Source of the DNA: Candidatus Heimdallarchaeota archaeon
Lineage (GTDB): Archaea > Asgardarchaeota > Heimdallarchaeia > JABLTI01
Assembly (NCBI GenBank): GCA_019058275.1
Contig: JAHLVW010000061.1
Location: 38,004 to 102,003 of the forward strand
Reading direction: 5' to 3'
Length of the DNA: 64,000 bases
Under the pieces are notes generated by a model. That model worked only from the letters and a program-made list of their open reading frames with translations. It was not told the DNA's origin and made no database searches. A program made the position numbers and the translations under genes. Positions 39,843-48,914 of the stretch are shown here, in pieces (within the stretch, counting starts at the first letter, position 1; each line of letters begins with the position of its first letter).

Positions 39843-40901
39843 GCAACTTACCCCATTATTATACAAGTTTCAAAATCAAAGAATACTCAAAAGAATTTAG
39901 AAAATAAAACTAGAATTATACCCAGATTAAACAAATTGGATCAACTTAAATCAATTCGTAAAAAATCTAAAGAAATTAAACAAGAAGCCCTCAATAATTT
40001 TCCTCAGAAAATTTTTCCACTTACTGAGGATTTTGATTTGATCTATTCATTAAATCAAAATCCAGATATTATTCGATTAGGTGATTTAGGTAAATTCCAT
40101 TACCGAATTCTAGGTTTTATAGACTGGAACAAGCATTTGAAGCAAATTACTAACAAAAAAATGACAAGTGAAAATTTGCCTTTTATTGGTACTGCTAACA
40201 TTTCTAAATATCTAATCAATCCCAATAAAGTGATTACACTTGCTAAAAAAAGAATGCAATCAACATTCTTGAATTATAATGAAACATATGAGGATGCTTG
40301 GCAAATTTTCAAAAAACCCAAACTAAGTATAAAAGAAATTTCTAAAGAATTAACTGTGGCTTATGATTCAGGATTATTTTCTAATCTTACAGGAGTTTAC
40401 ATGTTTTATCCCAATGATATTTCAAATCTAAAAAGTCTACTTATTATACTTAATTCTAAACTCCTTCAAAGGTATTTTACTGCTTTTTATGGAAGCACTC
40501 ATCTAGCTGGTGGTTATCTAAGATTTAATGGCAGCTATCTAAAGCAACTGCCAATTATTTTACCTAAAAAAATGAAATTATGGGACAATCTTGCTAATTA
40601 TCTAATTATTCTTCAATATTTATTGAATAATGAAGAAAACCAAACAAAGGAAATTAGTAAATATTTTGTTCTATTCTCAAATGTAGCAAACCAACTAGTT
40701 AACAAATTATATTCTGGCTTGGAAAAAACAGACAAGATATTTAGCCTACTTGATGAACAGATTATAGATTTACAATTAGAGGATTATAGAATTATAATTG
40801 AAAACAGAAATATCAGATTATTTGATAAAAAGTCATTAATTAAATATTTGCAAATTATAGAAAAATCATATAATAATCTTAGAAACTTGGATTTCACATG
40901 A
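39843..40901 (+). pseudogene. Headless C-terminal (TRD) part of a second N6-adenine methyltransferase
   Basis: Open frame from ATYPII (homologous to 36338) to the stop; YRILGF, LPFIGT, YGSTH.AGGYLRFNGSYLKQ conserved; catalytic motifs absent; possible TTG start at 39936. Confidence 0.85.
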
Positions 40902-40949
40902 AAACAAACAAACTTATCAGTCATCAATTGAAAAATCGTTTATCTGTGA

Positions 40950-41647
40950 TTAAGAATCCTCTTTCATTGCGTATTCTAAAACAAAAATTGAATGAATATA
41001 TGATGTATCAAATACAGGAATATCACAATCTTCTTGTGAGATTAACAATGGTATTTCAGTACAACCCAAAATTACTCCTTCTGCTCCAGCATTTTTGAGA
41101 TTCTCTATAACAGCTAAATATTTCTGTTTAGATTCCTCTTTTAAGACATAGTAGGTTAATTCTTTCCAAACAATATCATCTATTACTTGTTGATCCGCTG
41201 GTTCCGGTGATATTACATCAATTCCAAGTTTTTTCAAAGCCTTTGGATAAAAATCACTTTGCATAGTAAATCTAGTTCCAAGCAAACCAACTTTTCTCAA
41301 TTTCATTTTAACAATAGCTTTGGCAGTTACTTCCATTATACTCAAAATTGGAACATCAATTCGTTCAACTAATTTATCATATACTTTATGTGGTGTATTT
41401 GTTGCGATAATTATAACCTCAGCACCTGCTTTTACAAGTCTTTTTGCTGATCTTTCTAATTCATCTAAAACTTATTCCATTCATTGTTTGACATATAATT
41501 CCCTATTTTATCTAGATCTAAGCTATCGATTATCATTTTAGGAAAAGAAATACCTCCCTTCAATTCATTATAGGTTCTAACTATGATTTTGTAATATTCA
41601 ATTGTTGATTCTGGGTTTAAACTTCCAATAACCCCGATTTTTCTCAT
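40950..41647 (-). pseudogene. Second aspartate/glutamate racemase copy, frameshifted at about 41470
   Basis: ORFs 41465..41656 and 40950..41345 join as a paralog of 37425..38120 if one base is restored in WNK(V)LDE. Confidence 0.88.
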
Positions 41648-41668
41648 GTCTATCAACTCATATTGTAT

Positions 41669-42298
41669 TTACAATTTCTGACTATTAAATATTTTAAGCA
41701 GCCATTTATCTAAACTGCTCTCTCTGTATATTTCATTATAAGAACAGTTACTAGTGAAGTGGATTTTAGCCGTTTTAAACCACTCATCTCCTTCAGGAAA
41801 GATATTCAATATATGGAATAGAATATGATATAAAGTACCACCATGGCCTACAATAAGTATTGTATCTTTTTCATCGTGAGAGTTAATTATTTCCTCTAAT
41901 GATTCATTTACACGATTTTTCATATCGTTAACACTCTCACCTTCTGGAAATTTCAGGTCATGTTCTTCAAAGACTCTTTTTTCATATTGCTTTTCTTCTG
42001 GTGTTAAATTGGCAACTTTTTTCCCTTGTCGATGTCCAAAGTTCATTTCGCGTAATCGTTCATCATACTTCGCAACTTCTAATCCAAGAATCTCAGCTAA
42101 TATTTCTGTTGTTCTTTTTGCTCGAGTTAAATCAGAAGAGTAAACTCCATTGCATGAGAACTTGTCTTGTAACATTTTATGAGCTAATTTCTTAGCTTGT
42201 TGTTCACCTAATTCTGTTAACGGATAATCTTTTTGACCTTGGATTATTATTAATTCATTAGCAGTGCTTTGACCATGTCTAATAAGTATAATCTTCAT
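41669..42298 (-). CDS. Histidine phosphatase copy A' with an 8-aa insertion
   Basis: Close paralog of 38142..38747; WFKTAKIHFTSNCS versus WFNNCS. Confidence 0.88.
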   Translation of the reverse strand: MKIILIRHGQSTANELIIIQGQKDYPLTELGEQQAKKLAHKMLQDKFSCNGVYSSDLTRAKRTTEILAEILGLEVAKYDERLREMNFGHRQGKKVANLTPEEKQYEKRVFEEHDLKFPEGESVNDMKNRVNESLEEIINSHDEKDTILIVGHGGTLYHILFHILNIFPEGDEWFKTAKIHFTSNCSYNEIYRESSLDKWLLKIFNSQKL

Positions 42299-42356
42299 AA
42301 ATTCACAAAAAGTTTAGAAAAGAAATACTTTAAGAAAGATTGTATTGATTTGTAAA

Positions 42357-42824
42357 TTAACTTTTTTTTCTTTCTTCGAAATCTTCGATTAACCTTATTT
42401 TTAAGACATCATTTTTGCGTTTCAATTTCTTGTAAAAATTGAGTTCATTCTCCAAAGGATTCACAGGGATTTCATATTTATCAATTGTAATAAACTTTTT
42501 ACTTACTCCATTAGGAGCTTTATACTCTATATCAGCCATTAGATCAACTTGTATGTTATCAATAACTAATCTACCAAACCAAGAACGATATTTTTCTGAT
42601 TCACTATAAACTACTTTTTTTATACTATAACTCTTAAAAATCTCTTCAATTTCTAGAATGTCTTTCTGTGTAGATACTATATCGATATCTTTTGCTAATA
42701 TATTAACGCCTTGAACAAACAGATTTGTTGAACCAACTAAGACCCAATCAAGCTTTATTTCTGCTAATTTCTCTAAAATTTGAAGTAGAACTTTTGTAAC
42801 CTGTTCATTGTGTTTAGAGTCCAT
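42357..42824 (-). CDS. Nucleotidyltransferase-fold protein (8-aa internal deletion relative to copy 1)
   Basis: WVLVGSTNLFVQG...KDIDI (GS..DxD) motif. Confidence 0.78.
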   Translation of the reverse strand: MDSKHNEQVTKVLLQILEKLAEIKLDWVLVGSTNLFVQGVNILAKDIDIVSTQKDILEIEEIFKSYSIKKVVYSESEKYRSWFGRLVIDNIQVDLMADIEYKAPNGVSKKFITIDKYEIPVNPLENELNFYKKLKRKNDVLKIRLIEDFEERKKS

Positions 42825-42847
42825 AATTCTTATCCTTTGGCAGCATT

Positions 42848-43660
42848 TTAAGAAGGTTGTGTACTAAATTCAATTATTGCATTATCCATTTTTTCTACAT
42901 TTTCATAAAAATATACAGGAAGTCTATTTTCATCTTTCAAATCTTTCAAGATGACTTTGTACAATTTTAAGTATTCATCAATAACCTCAAGATATACTTT
43001 ACCTTCTTCATCTGTTTCGAGCAGCTTGTTGAAACTAGCTTTCTTATTTGAAATTATTAGAACAAGATAGCGAAACAGTTTCTTTTCGTTTATTGTTTCA
43101 TTATCAGATTTATGCAAATCAAATAAATTCTTCAAGGTTAATGTAGCTAAAAGAAATTTTGAATCACCGTCATGAATAAGATCAAAGGTTTTCTTAACTA
43201 CATTGTAGATAAATGTATTACTTTTTTGATATTCCAATAATTCTTTCTCGAAGTCCTCTACAGTAGAATATTTGGTAAGAAGATTTTTTGAACCTTCTTT
43301 TCTAACAATAAAGTACTCTATAGCAAATACAATACTAATAACCAATAAAGCAATTAAAAGTATAAGTGGAATCATGTAGGAATCTTCTGGAAAAATCGCA
43401 ATTTGATTCTGAATTATAATTAAAATACCAACTAGAATTATTAAGCTAGCAGCAACTATGAGAGTTATTCGATCCCATTTTTTTTTAATTGGTCGAGCTT
43501 CTGCTCTAATGATCTTTTCACGTGTTCTTCTTTTGAAACTTCCATCAATTGATGATTTAGCTAAAACAATTGTAGAAATTTTTGAGCTAGTTTTTAATTT
43601 TTCATCAAATGTCAAGATTGATCTTTCCATTTTCTGTGTGTTGTTTTCATCGTTTAACAA
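42848..43660 (-). CDS. Hypothetical two-TM membrane protein
   Basis: 270-aa ORF with two adjacent hydrophobic helices. Confidence 0.7.
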   Translation of the reverse strand: MLNDENNTQKMERSILTFDEKLKTSSKISTIVLAKSSIDGSFKRRTREKIIRAEARPIKKKWDRITLIVAASLIILVGILIIIQNQIAIFPEDSYMIPLILLIALLVISIVFAIEYFIVRKEGSKNLLTKYSTVEDFEKELLEYQKSNTFIYNVVKKTFDLIHDGDSKFLLATLTLKNLFDLHKSDNETINEKKLFRYLVLIISNKKASFNKLLETDEEGKVYLEVIDEYLKLYKVILKDLKDENRLPVYFYENVEKMDNAIIEFSTQPS

Positions 43661-43835
43661 CTATCTGATACTTGCCATTTACTTTAAGTATTTTTGCAAT
43701 AATTTCTACAATATTGCTAAGCTTTAATAGATTGTTAAGTCCAAATAATGTTAGTAATTTTGAAAATTACAAACAACCATTAATAGTATTAATACATACT
43801 TTATCTGTAAATGATGACCACTTTGAGGAGTAAAA

Positions 43836-44135
43836 ATGTCAAAAAAACAAGCAAAATCTGAAGAATCAACTGATGGAGCTCCAGCGAGAAATAAACTACT
43901 ACTATACTTCGCTTTTGGTATGGCTGCATTAGGAGCAGCAATGCTTGTAGTTACTACTGTTTTAGTTTTTATGCCAAATTTTGAACTTCAATGGGAAACT
44001 GTTCTTAAAATTCCTCACACATATATTGCTCTTGTAGGTTTAATTCTACTTACAACAGGATTAATTCTACAAAGAAGAATTACTAAACCTATGGATCTCA
44101 AAGAAACAGAGCAATTAAGAAGTAGATTAGAATAG
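43836..44135 (+). CDS. Small two-TM membrane protein
   Basis: GAGGAG SD, ATG, two hydrophobic helices. Confidence 0.75.
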   Translation: MSKKQAKSEESTDGAPARNKLLLYFAFGMAALGAAMLVVTTVLVFMPNFELQWETVLKIPHTYIALVGLILLTTGLILQRRITKPMDLKETEQLRSRLE

Positions 44136-44916
44136 CTATTTTACAAGTTGAATTGATAGTTTGTCTAGTAATTTTCTAAATTTCAAATAATCTCTATATT
44201 TTACAATTTTTAAGGGTGAAGAATATTCATTTGCATTTAGCTCTTCCATTGTCTCTACAGCTTTTATCCTTTCTTTTGATGAAAAATTTTCATGAGGTAA
44301 AAACATACAAATTTTGTTTGTTTTATCATTAACAATTGAAATAATCTCTTCATCTAATATCATTTGTGGATCCGCATATTCGATTAATCCTGCTTCTCCA
44401 AAACTAAATGATCTAATGGTTTTTACTCTGATTGTATTATTCAATTTGTTAAATAGAATTTTTACAGAATCTTTTGTGATATCGTTCTTTTTTCCAATAA
44501 GTTTTTTGATACTCTTTAACTATTTTTTTAATTGCCAAATGGTTCTTTAAGGCATATCTTTCTTGATCATCTTTCAATAAAAGAAAGAGTGAACAAACAC
44601 GACCATGTTCAGCAATTCTTGTATCTTTTGTGCTTGAGGCTTTAACATTAAAAGAATAAATCAAGTATTTTAAATCAATCCTATCAAAAATTGGCAATGG
44701 TCCAAACAAGACTTCAAGTACAGCTTCTCCTCCATGAACAGTAGACATCCCATGGACTACCATTCTATTTATTAGATCTTTAGGAATCCTGGTATTATTG
44801 TACCGAGCAATAGGACCGATATCCTCGAAAACTCCTATTACAATACCATAGAATGCTTTTTCAGTTCTTGTTGATTTCTTCTTGGATTTGCTTTTTGAAG
44901 CAGATTTTGATGACAT
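44136..44916 (-). pseudogene. Hypothetical protein (possible longin/uDENN-like N-domain plus gelsolin-like C-domain), frameshifted
   Basis: Removing one A from the A6 run (plus-strand T 44488-44493) fuses 44449..44916 and 44136..44444 into about 259 aa via WKKNDITKDSVKILFNKL. Confidence 0.65.
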
Positions 44917-45262
44917 ATACTAGACCTTTTTTCTTTAATTGATTTAACTGATATAAATAATTGAATTTGAGAGATCTTAATAATTTCGGGTAACATTTTC
45001 ATGTTCAAAAATTTATCTCTAAATGAAAATAAAATTCAACTTTCATTTCAACAAATATTGGTGAAAACTAGTATTAATTTATCGCAGCGATTGGCTTAAG
45101 TCAAAAAAGTTAAATCTTAATAGTACTTTTGAATTATATATCCAAAATGTATCCTATCATTATTGGATGAGAGATAGGTCTATACAATTAAGGTAATATA
45201 TAACTTAAGAAATAGTAAATTACTAGAAAAAGTATTGTCGCAATTTTGAGGAGAAATGATAT

Positions 45263-46558
45263 TTGTCTTCTGGGAATGATAACAAAAAATTACTTCTAAT
45301 AGGAACACTAATTGGAGTTCTAGGTGCTGCTGCATTAATTATAGGAATGTTTATTCAATTCACAGTATTTAATCCAGTAGATATCTTTGCCTTGGGAATC
45401 ATAGCTGTAGCAGCAGGAATTTTCCTAATTTGCTTTATAACGTTTTTAGCCACAATTACTCCAGCGGGATTGACAGTCAATGATGAAAGACCAAGCCTTT
45501 TTGCACTACTTATTTTCATCTTTGCTCCTACAGTTTTAATATCTGATTATACAACACCAATGTACTTTCTTTTAGACATCGGAAACGGTATTTTAGATGA
45601 TGCATCTGTAGGATTTGGTTTTTATTTAGTTTATATTGGCGTAGCCCTGTTAATGGTTTCTTTCCTATTATTAGCTTGTATTTATCTATGGAAAAATAGA
45701 ATGAGTACTACCGGAGGATTAAACCTTGGTAGTTCATCAGAGATAGGTATAGTCAAATTATTAAGAATAATAACTAGCATCTTGATTATTGTAGCTGGTG
45801 CAGGAATTGTATTAGGATTTATTATTGCACCATATTCAGCATCTGGTGATGTTTTTGGATTATTGATGTATGAAGATGGCAGTCATCTTGATCTAAAAGC
45901 ACTAACATTTTTGATTTTGATTGTAGGAGTTATCATTACTGCAGTGTTTGAATTGTTTAGTAACTTGGGAATTTTCAAAATGTCTAAAAGTGAATTACCT
46001 GTTCTAGCCTTTTTAATTGCAGTAATAGCATTGCCTGGTTATTCAACAAAATCAACCACCCTAAATGCTTGGACTTCACCAGTTTTCGAGCTACTTAGAT
46101 TTGGTAAAGGAATATTTGAAAGTTCATTAATGACTATTACAGCCTTTGGTTGGATCTTACTGCTAAGTGTATTAGCTTTAGTGCTGACATTTTTCTTGAG
46201 TATTCTAACATACTTCTTTAATACATCAGCAAGTTTCACAGCTAGAGCTCGAAGAGCTCCAAGAACTGGAGGAGGAAGATTAGAAGCAAGAAGAAAGAAA
46301 GGTAAATTCCCTTCAGGACCACCTTCCTCACCAGTTGGAGATAGATCAGTAGCACTTTCTGAACCAACTTCAATGACAGGTGGTTCACAACCAACAGTTT
46401 CATCAGCTCCACCTTCACCCCCTGCATTCATGCCATCTTCATCTGCAGCACCAGCAACAAGCTCTGACAAACCAACATGCCCATTCTGTGGAAAAAACCT
46501 AAGATTCATAGAAGAATATCAACGTTGGTACTGTGACAGCTGTTCACAATACGTTTAA
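45263..46558 (+). CDS. Multi-pass membrane protein with Pro/Ser-rich tail and C-terminal zinc ribbon
   Basis: About 8 TM segments; PSGPPSSP and APPSPP linker; CPFCGKNLRFIEEYQRWYCDSC. Confidence 0.85.
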   Translation: MSSGNDNKKLLLIGTLIGVLGAAALIIGMFIQFTVFNPVDIFALGIIAVAAGIFLICFITFLATITPAGLTVNDERPSLFALLIFIFAPTVLISDYTTPMYFLLDIGNGILDDASVGFGFYLVYIGVALLMVSFLLLACIYLWKNRMSTTGGLNLGSSSEIGIVKLLRIITSILIIVAGAGIVLGFIIAPYSASGDVFGLLMYEDGSHLDLKALTFLILIVGVIITAVFELFSNLGIFKMSKSELPVLAFLIAVIALPGYSTKSTTLNAWTSPVFELLRFGKGIFESSLMTITAFGWILLLSVLALVLTFFLSILTYFFNTSASFTARARRAPRTGGGRLEARRKKGKFPSGPPSSPVGDRSVALSEPTSMTGGSQPTVSSAPPSPPAFMPSSSAAPATSSDKPTCPFCGKNLRFIEEYQRWYCDSCSQYV

Positions 46559-46571
46559 GAAAAAATGTCTA

Positions 46572-46602
46572 AGAAAGGATTTTTCCTTTCTCTGTTTTAT
46601 TT
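46572..46602 (+). terminator. Hairpin plus T tract between convergent genes
   Basis: AGAAAGGA/TCCTTTCT stem, then CTGTTTTATTT. Confidence 0.55.
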
Positions 46603-47346
46603 TCATTCAGCATCTAATTGACCAGCTTCTGATAGCTTTAACTCTTTTTTACCTATTTTGTATTCTTTCCCTTTTAGTGCATCAATAAATGGTCCTATGT
46701 ATTTTGGTACTGTTGCTACTGCTAATCCTGTTACTAATAATCCCAGAATTAGTCCATTATGCAACATGTGATTTGTAACCCATGGTGGAAAAATTAGTAT
46801 AAAGAATGCTGCAGGTATTGCTACAAAAAATGATAGGAATTGTGCTGGTCTCACATATTTTGTTATAACAGTTATTATTGCATGAGTTACTAGATAAATA
46901 ATTAAAACAATAGGATTTGCTAAACTTAGAATTCCAGCAGATGTTCCCAACCCTCTTCCCCCTCTAAATTTCAAATAAATACTGAAATTATGTCCTATAA
47001 CCACTGCAAAAGCAACTAGAATGTATATTACTGCATCCATATCAGGAATTGTCCAGTTAGTTAAAGTAGATCCTTGAAAAGTATCATCAAATTCTATTAG
47101 CATTACAGTTAGAACACACAAAAATCCCTTAGTAAAATCTAACAAACCAGCTAATAATCCTAACCAAAAACCGGCGGTTATCATAGTATTTAAACCACCC
47201 ACGTTTTGTGTTCCAACTTCTCTTAGATCCTTTCCTGTTTTGAGTTTTGCTACAATATAAGAAAAAGGAATAGAGCCTATCAAATAGGCAGCAATTGGGC
47301 ATATTATAATCCATATCCAAGGAGCAACCATTTTATTTCCCAACAA
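46603..47346 (-). CDS. plsY: PlsY-like glycerol-3-phosphate acyltransferase homolog, paralog 2
   Basis: YLIGSIPFSY, DLREVGTQNVGGLN, LDFTKG, GHNFSIYLKFRGGRG. Confidence 0.85.
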   Translation of the reverse strand: MLGNKMVAPWIWIIICPIAAYLIGSIPFSYIVAKLKTGKDLREVGTQNVGGLNTMITAGFWLGLLAGLLDFTKGFLCVLTVMLIEFDDTFQGSTLTNWTIPDMDAVIYILVAFAVVIGHNFSIYLKFRGGRGLGTSAGILSLANPIVLIIYLVTHAIITVITKYVRPAQFLSFFVAIPAAFFILIFPPWVTNHMLHNGLILGLLVTGLAVATVPKYIGPFIDALKGKEYKIGKKELKLSEAGQLDAE

Positions 47347-47414
47347 TTTTCTTGCTTTATCACTATTTTATTCAGTTGATATAAGTTTGTACTATATTTT
47401 ATTATCTGTTTTTA

Positions 47415-48179
47415 TTATTGTTTCACAGTATCTTTTTCATTTTCTTCTGCTAGAACTACTCCTGTTTTTCCTACACGATATTCTTTTCCTTTAAACATAT
47501 CTATGAATGATTGCAAGAGTTTTGGCAAAATGACAATTGCAATACCTAACACAAAAAGTCCCATTGTGAAAGTACTATCCATACCTACAATGGCTATCCA
47601 TGGAGGAAAGAAATTCAAGAAGAATGCTATAGGTGCTCCAACAAAAATCGCAAAAAATAGTGCGGGACGAACGTATTTTATTAATACCATGAAAATCGCT
47701 ATACTTACCACAAAAACAAGCAACAAAATTGGATTTGCGATAACTAGGAAACTCACTATTGCAGCCATTCCTCTACCACCCTTAAATCCTATGTATATTG
47801 AATAGTTATGTCCGAGTAATATAGCCATAGCTACTAATATATAGATTAAATCATGGATAGAAATTTCATGATATTTACCAACACCTGCTATTGCTTCATC
47901 ATTAAATGGTATAGCAAGAGCTGCTATAATACAAACCAAACCTTTAGAATAATCTAACCATCCTGCAAAAATCCCCCAATTAAAACCACTTCTTATCATT
48001 ACATTTAATCCACCTACATTCTTATTTCCAATTTCCCTTAGATCATCACCAGTAAGTCGTTTTGCAACGATGTAGGAAAAGGGAATAGCTCCTATGAAAT
48101 AAGCTATGACTGGACAAACAATTACCCAAACCCAATGTTCTATTACTGTTGCCATTTTTATCAACTTGTTCAGTAGCAC
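47415..48179 (-). CDS. plsY: PlsY-like glycerol-3-phosphate acyltransferase homolog, paralog 1
   Basis: YFIGAIPFSY, DLREIGNKNVGGLN, LDYSKG, GHNYSIYIGFKGGRG. Confidence 0.85.
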   Translation of the reverse strand: MLLNKLIKMATVIEHWVWVIVCPVIAYFIGAIPFSYIVAKRLTGDDLREIGNKNVGGLNVMIRSGFNWGIFAGWLDYSKGLVCIIAALAIPFNDEAIAGVGKYHEISIHDLIYILVAMAILLGHNYSIYIGFKGGRGMAAIVSFLVIANPILLLVFVVSIAIFMVLIKYVRPALFFAIFVGAPIAFFLNFFPPWIAIVGMDSTFTMGLFVLGIAIVILPKLLQSFIDMFKGKEYRVGKTGVVLAEENEKDTVKQ

Positions 48180-48257
48180 ACAAAAAACATTTCATAATAT
48201 ATAGATTTTATGCCAAATAGAGAAAATGAAGAAATTAGAGGGAAAAGAAGGGTTTAT

Positions 48258-48809
48258 TCAATAATGATTATGATGTACAAACTCGTTTAATGCTTTTCTT
48301 AGTGGTCTTTTTCCTTCAGATATTTTTTGCTTTTCTGTTAACTCACTAAGGTCATCTGTTTTTTTACCTACAATAATTAGCGTGATTAGAACCATTTCTT
48401 CTGGTATACCAAGTATTTCCTTAGCTTTACTATGACTGTAACCAGCAATTGGATGCATTACTAATCCAAGCTCTGTTCCACGTAAAATCATATTAGCAGT
48501 AGCCATTCCTGTATCAAAGAGATAATATTCTCTACTCTTTCCAATAACACAATCTAGTTCTTTCTTACTGATAACAGCAATAATCATAGATGCTTTTTTT
48601 GCCCAAAGATTACTTTCCTTTAATGCATCAAATAACTTTGTTAATATTTCTTTTTCATATACAAATACATAATTCCAAGGTTGATAATTAAAACAAGATG
48701 CAGACAATTGAGCATTTTTAGCTAAATCATCAATCAATTCATTTGTTATTTCCACTTTCTCAAGAGCTCGGTAAGCTCTTCGATCATTAATTATTGTTTT
48801 TACTGAAAT
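48258..48809 (-). CDS. Nitroreductase family protein (apparent ATT start at 48809)
   Basis: AQLSASCFNYQPW, FDTGMA, HPIAG; the FMN-binding RRAYR lies upstream of the GTG at 48755 in the same frame. Confidence 0.88.
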   Translation of the reverse strand: MSVKTIINDRRAYRALEKVEITNELIDDLAKNAQLSASCFNYQPWNYVFVYEKEILTKLFDALKESNLWAKKASMIIAVISKKELDCVIGKSREYYLFDTGMATANMILRGTELGLVMHPIAGYSHSKAKEILGIPEEMVLITLIIVGKKTDDLSELTEKQKISEGKRPLRKALNEFVHHNHY

Positions 48810-48914
48810 AATATATCACCCAAGTTGTGCTACATAAGAATTATCAGTCTCAAGAGTTTTAAATGTTCTAGATTAAAAATAAAAGCCCTAGCTAATGCAG
48901 GACTGATTAAACAT

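Larger units (their letters stand above)
36338..42824. repeat. Diverged tandem duplication: MTase C-half / racemase / His-phosphatase / nucleotidyltransferase
   Basis: Same gene order and orientation at 36338-39842 and 39843-42.6 kb; racemase copies share long near-identical DNA runs; sharp junction at 39842/39843. Confidence 0.9.

Noticed and set aside
34826-42824. Mobile element or complete restriction-modification/defence island
   Set aside because: No integrase, transposase, terminal repeats or recognisable nuclease
46039-46509. Antisense ORFs in the track (this one, 53936..54463, 48925..49317, 63620..63997 and many shorter ones)
   Set aside because: They are shadows of well-supported genes on the opposite strand or in another frame, with no motifs or SD
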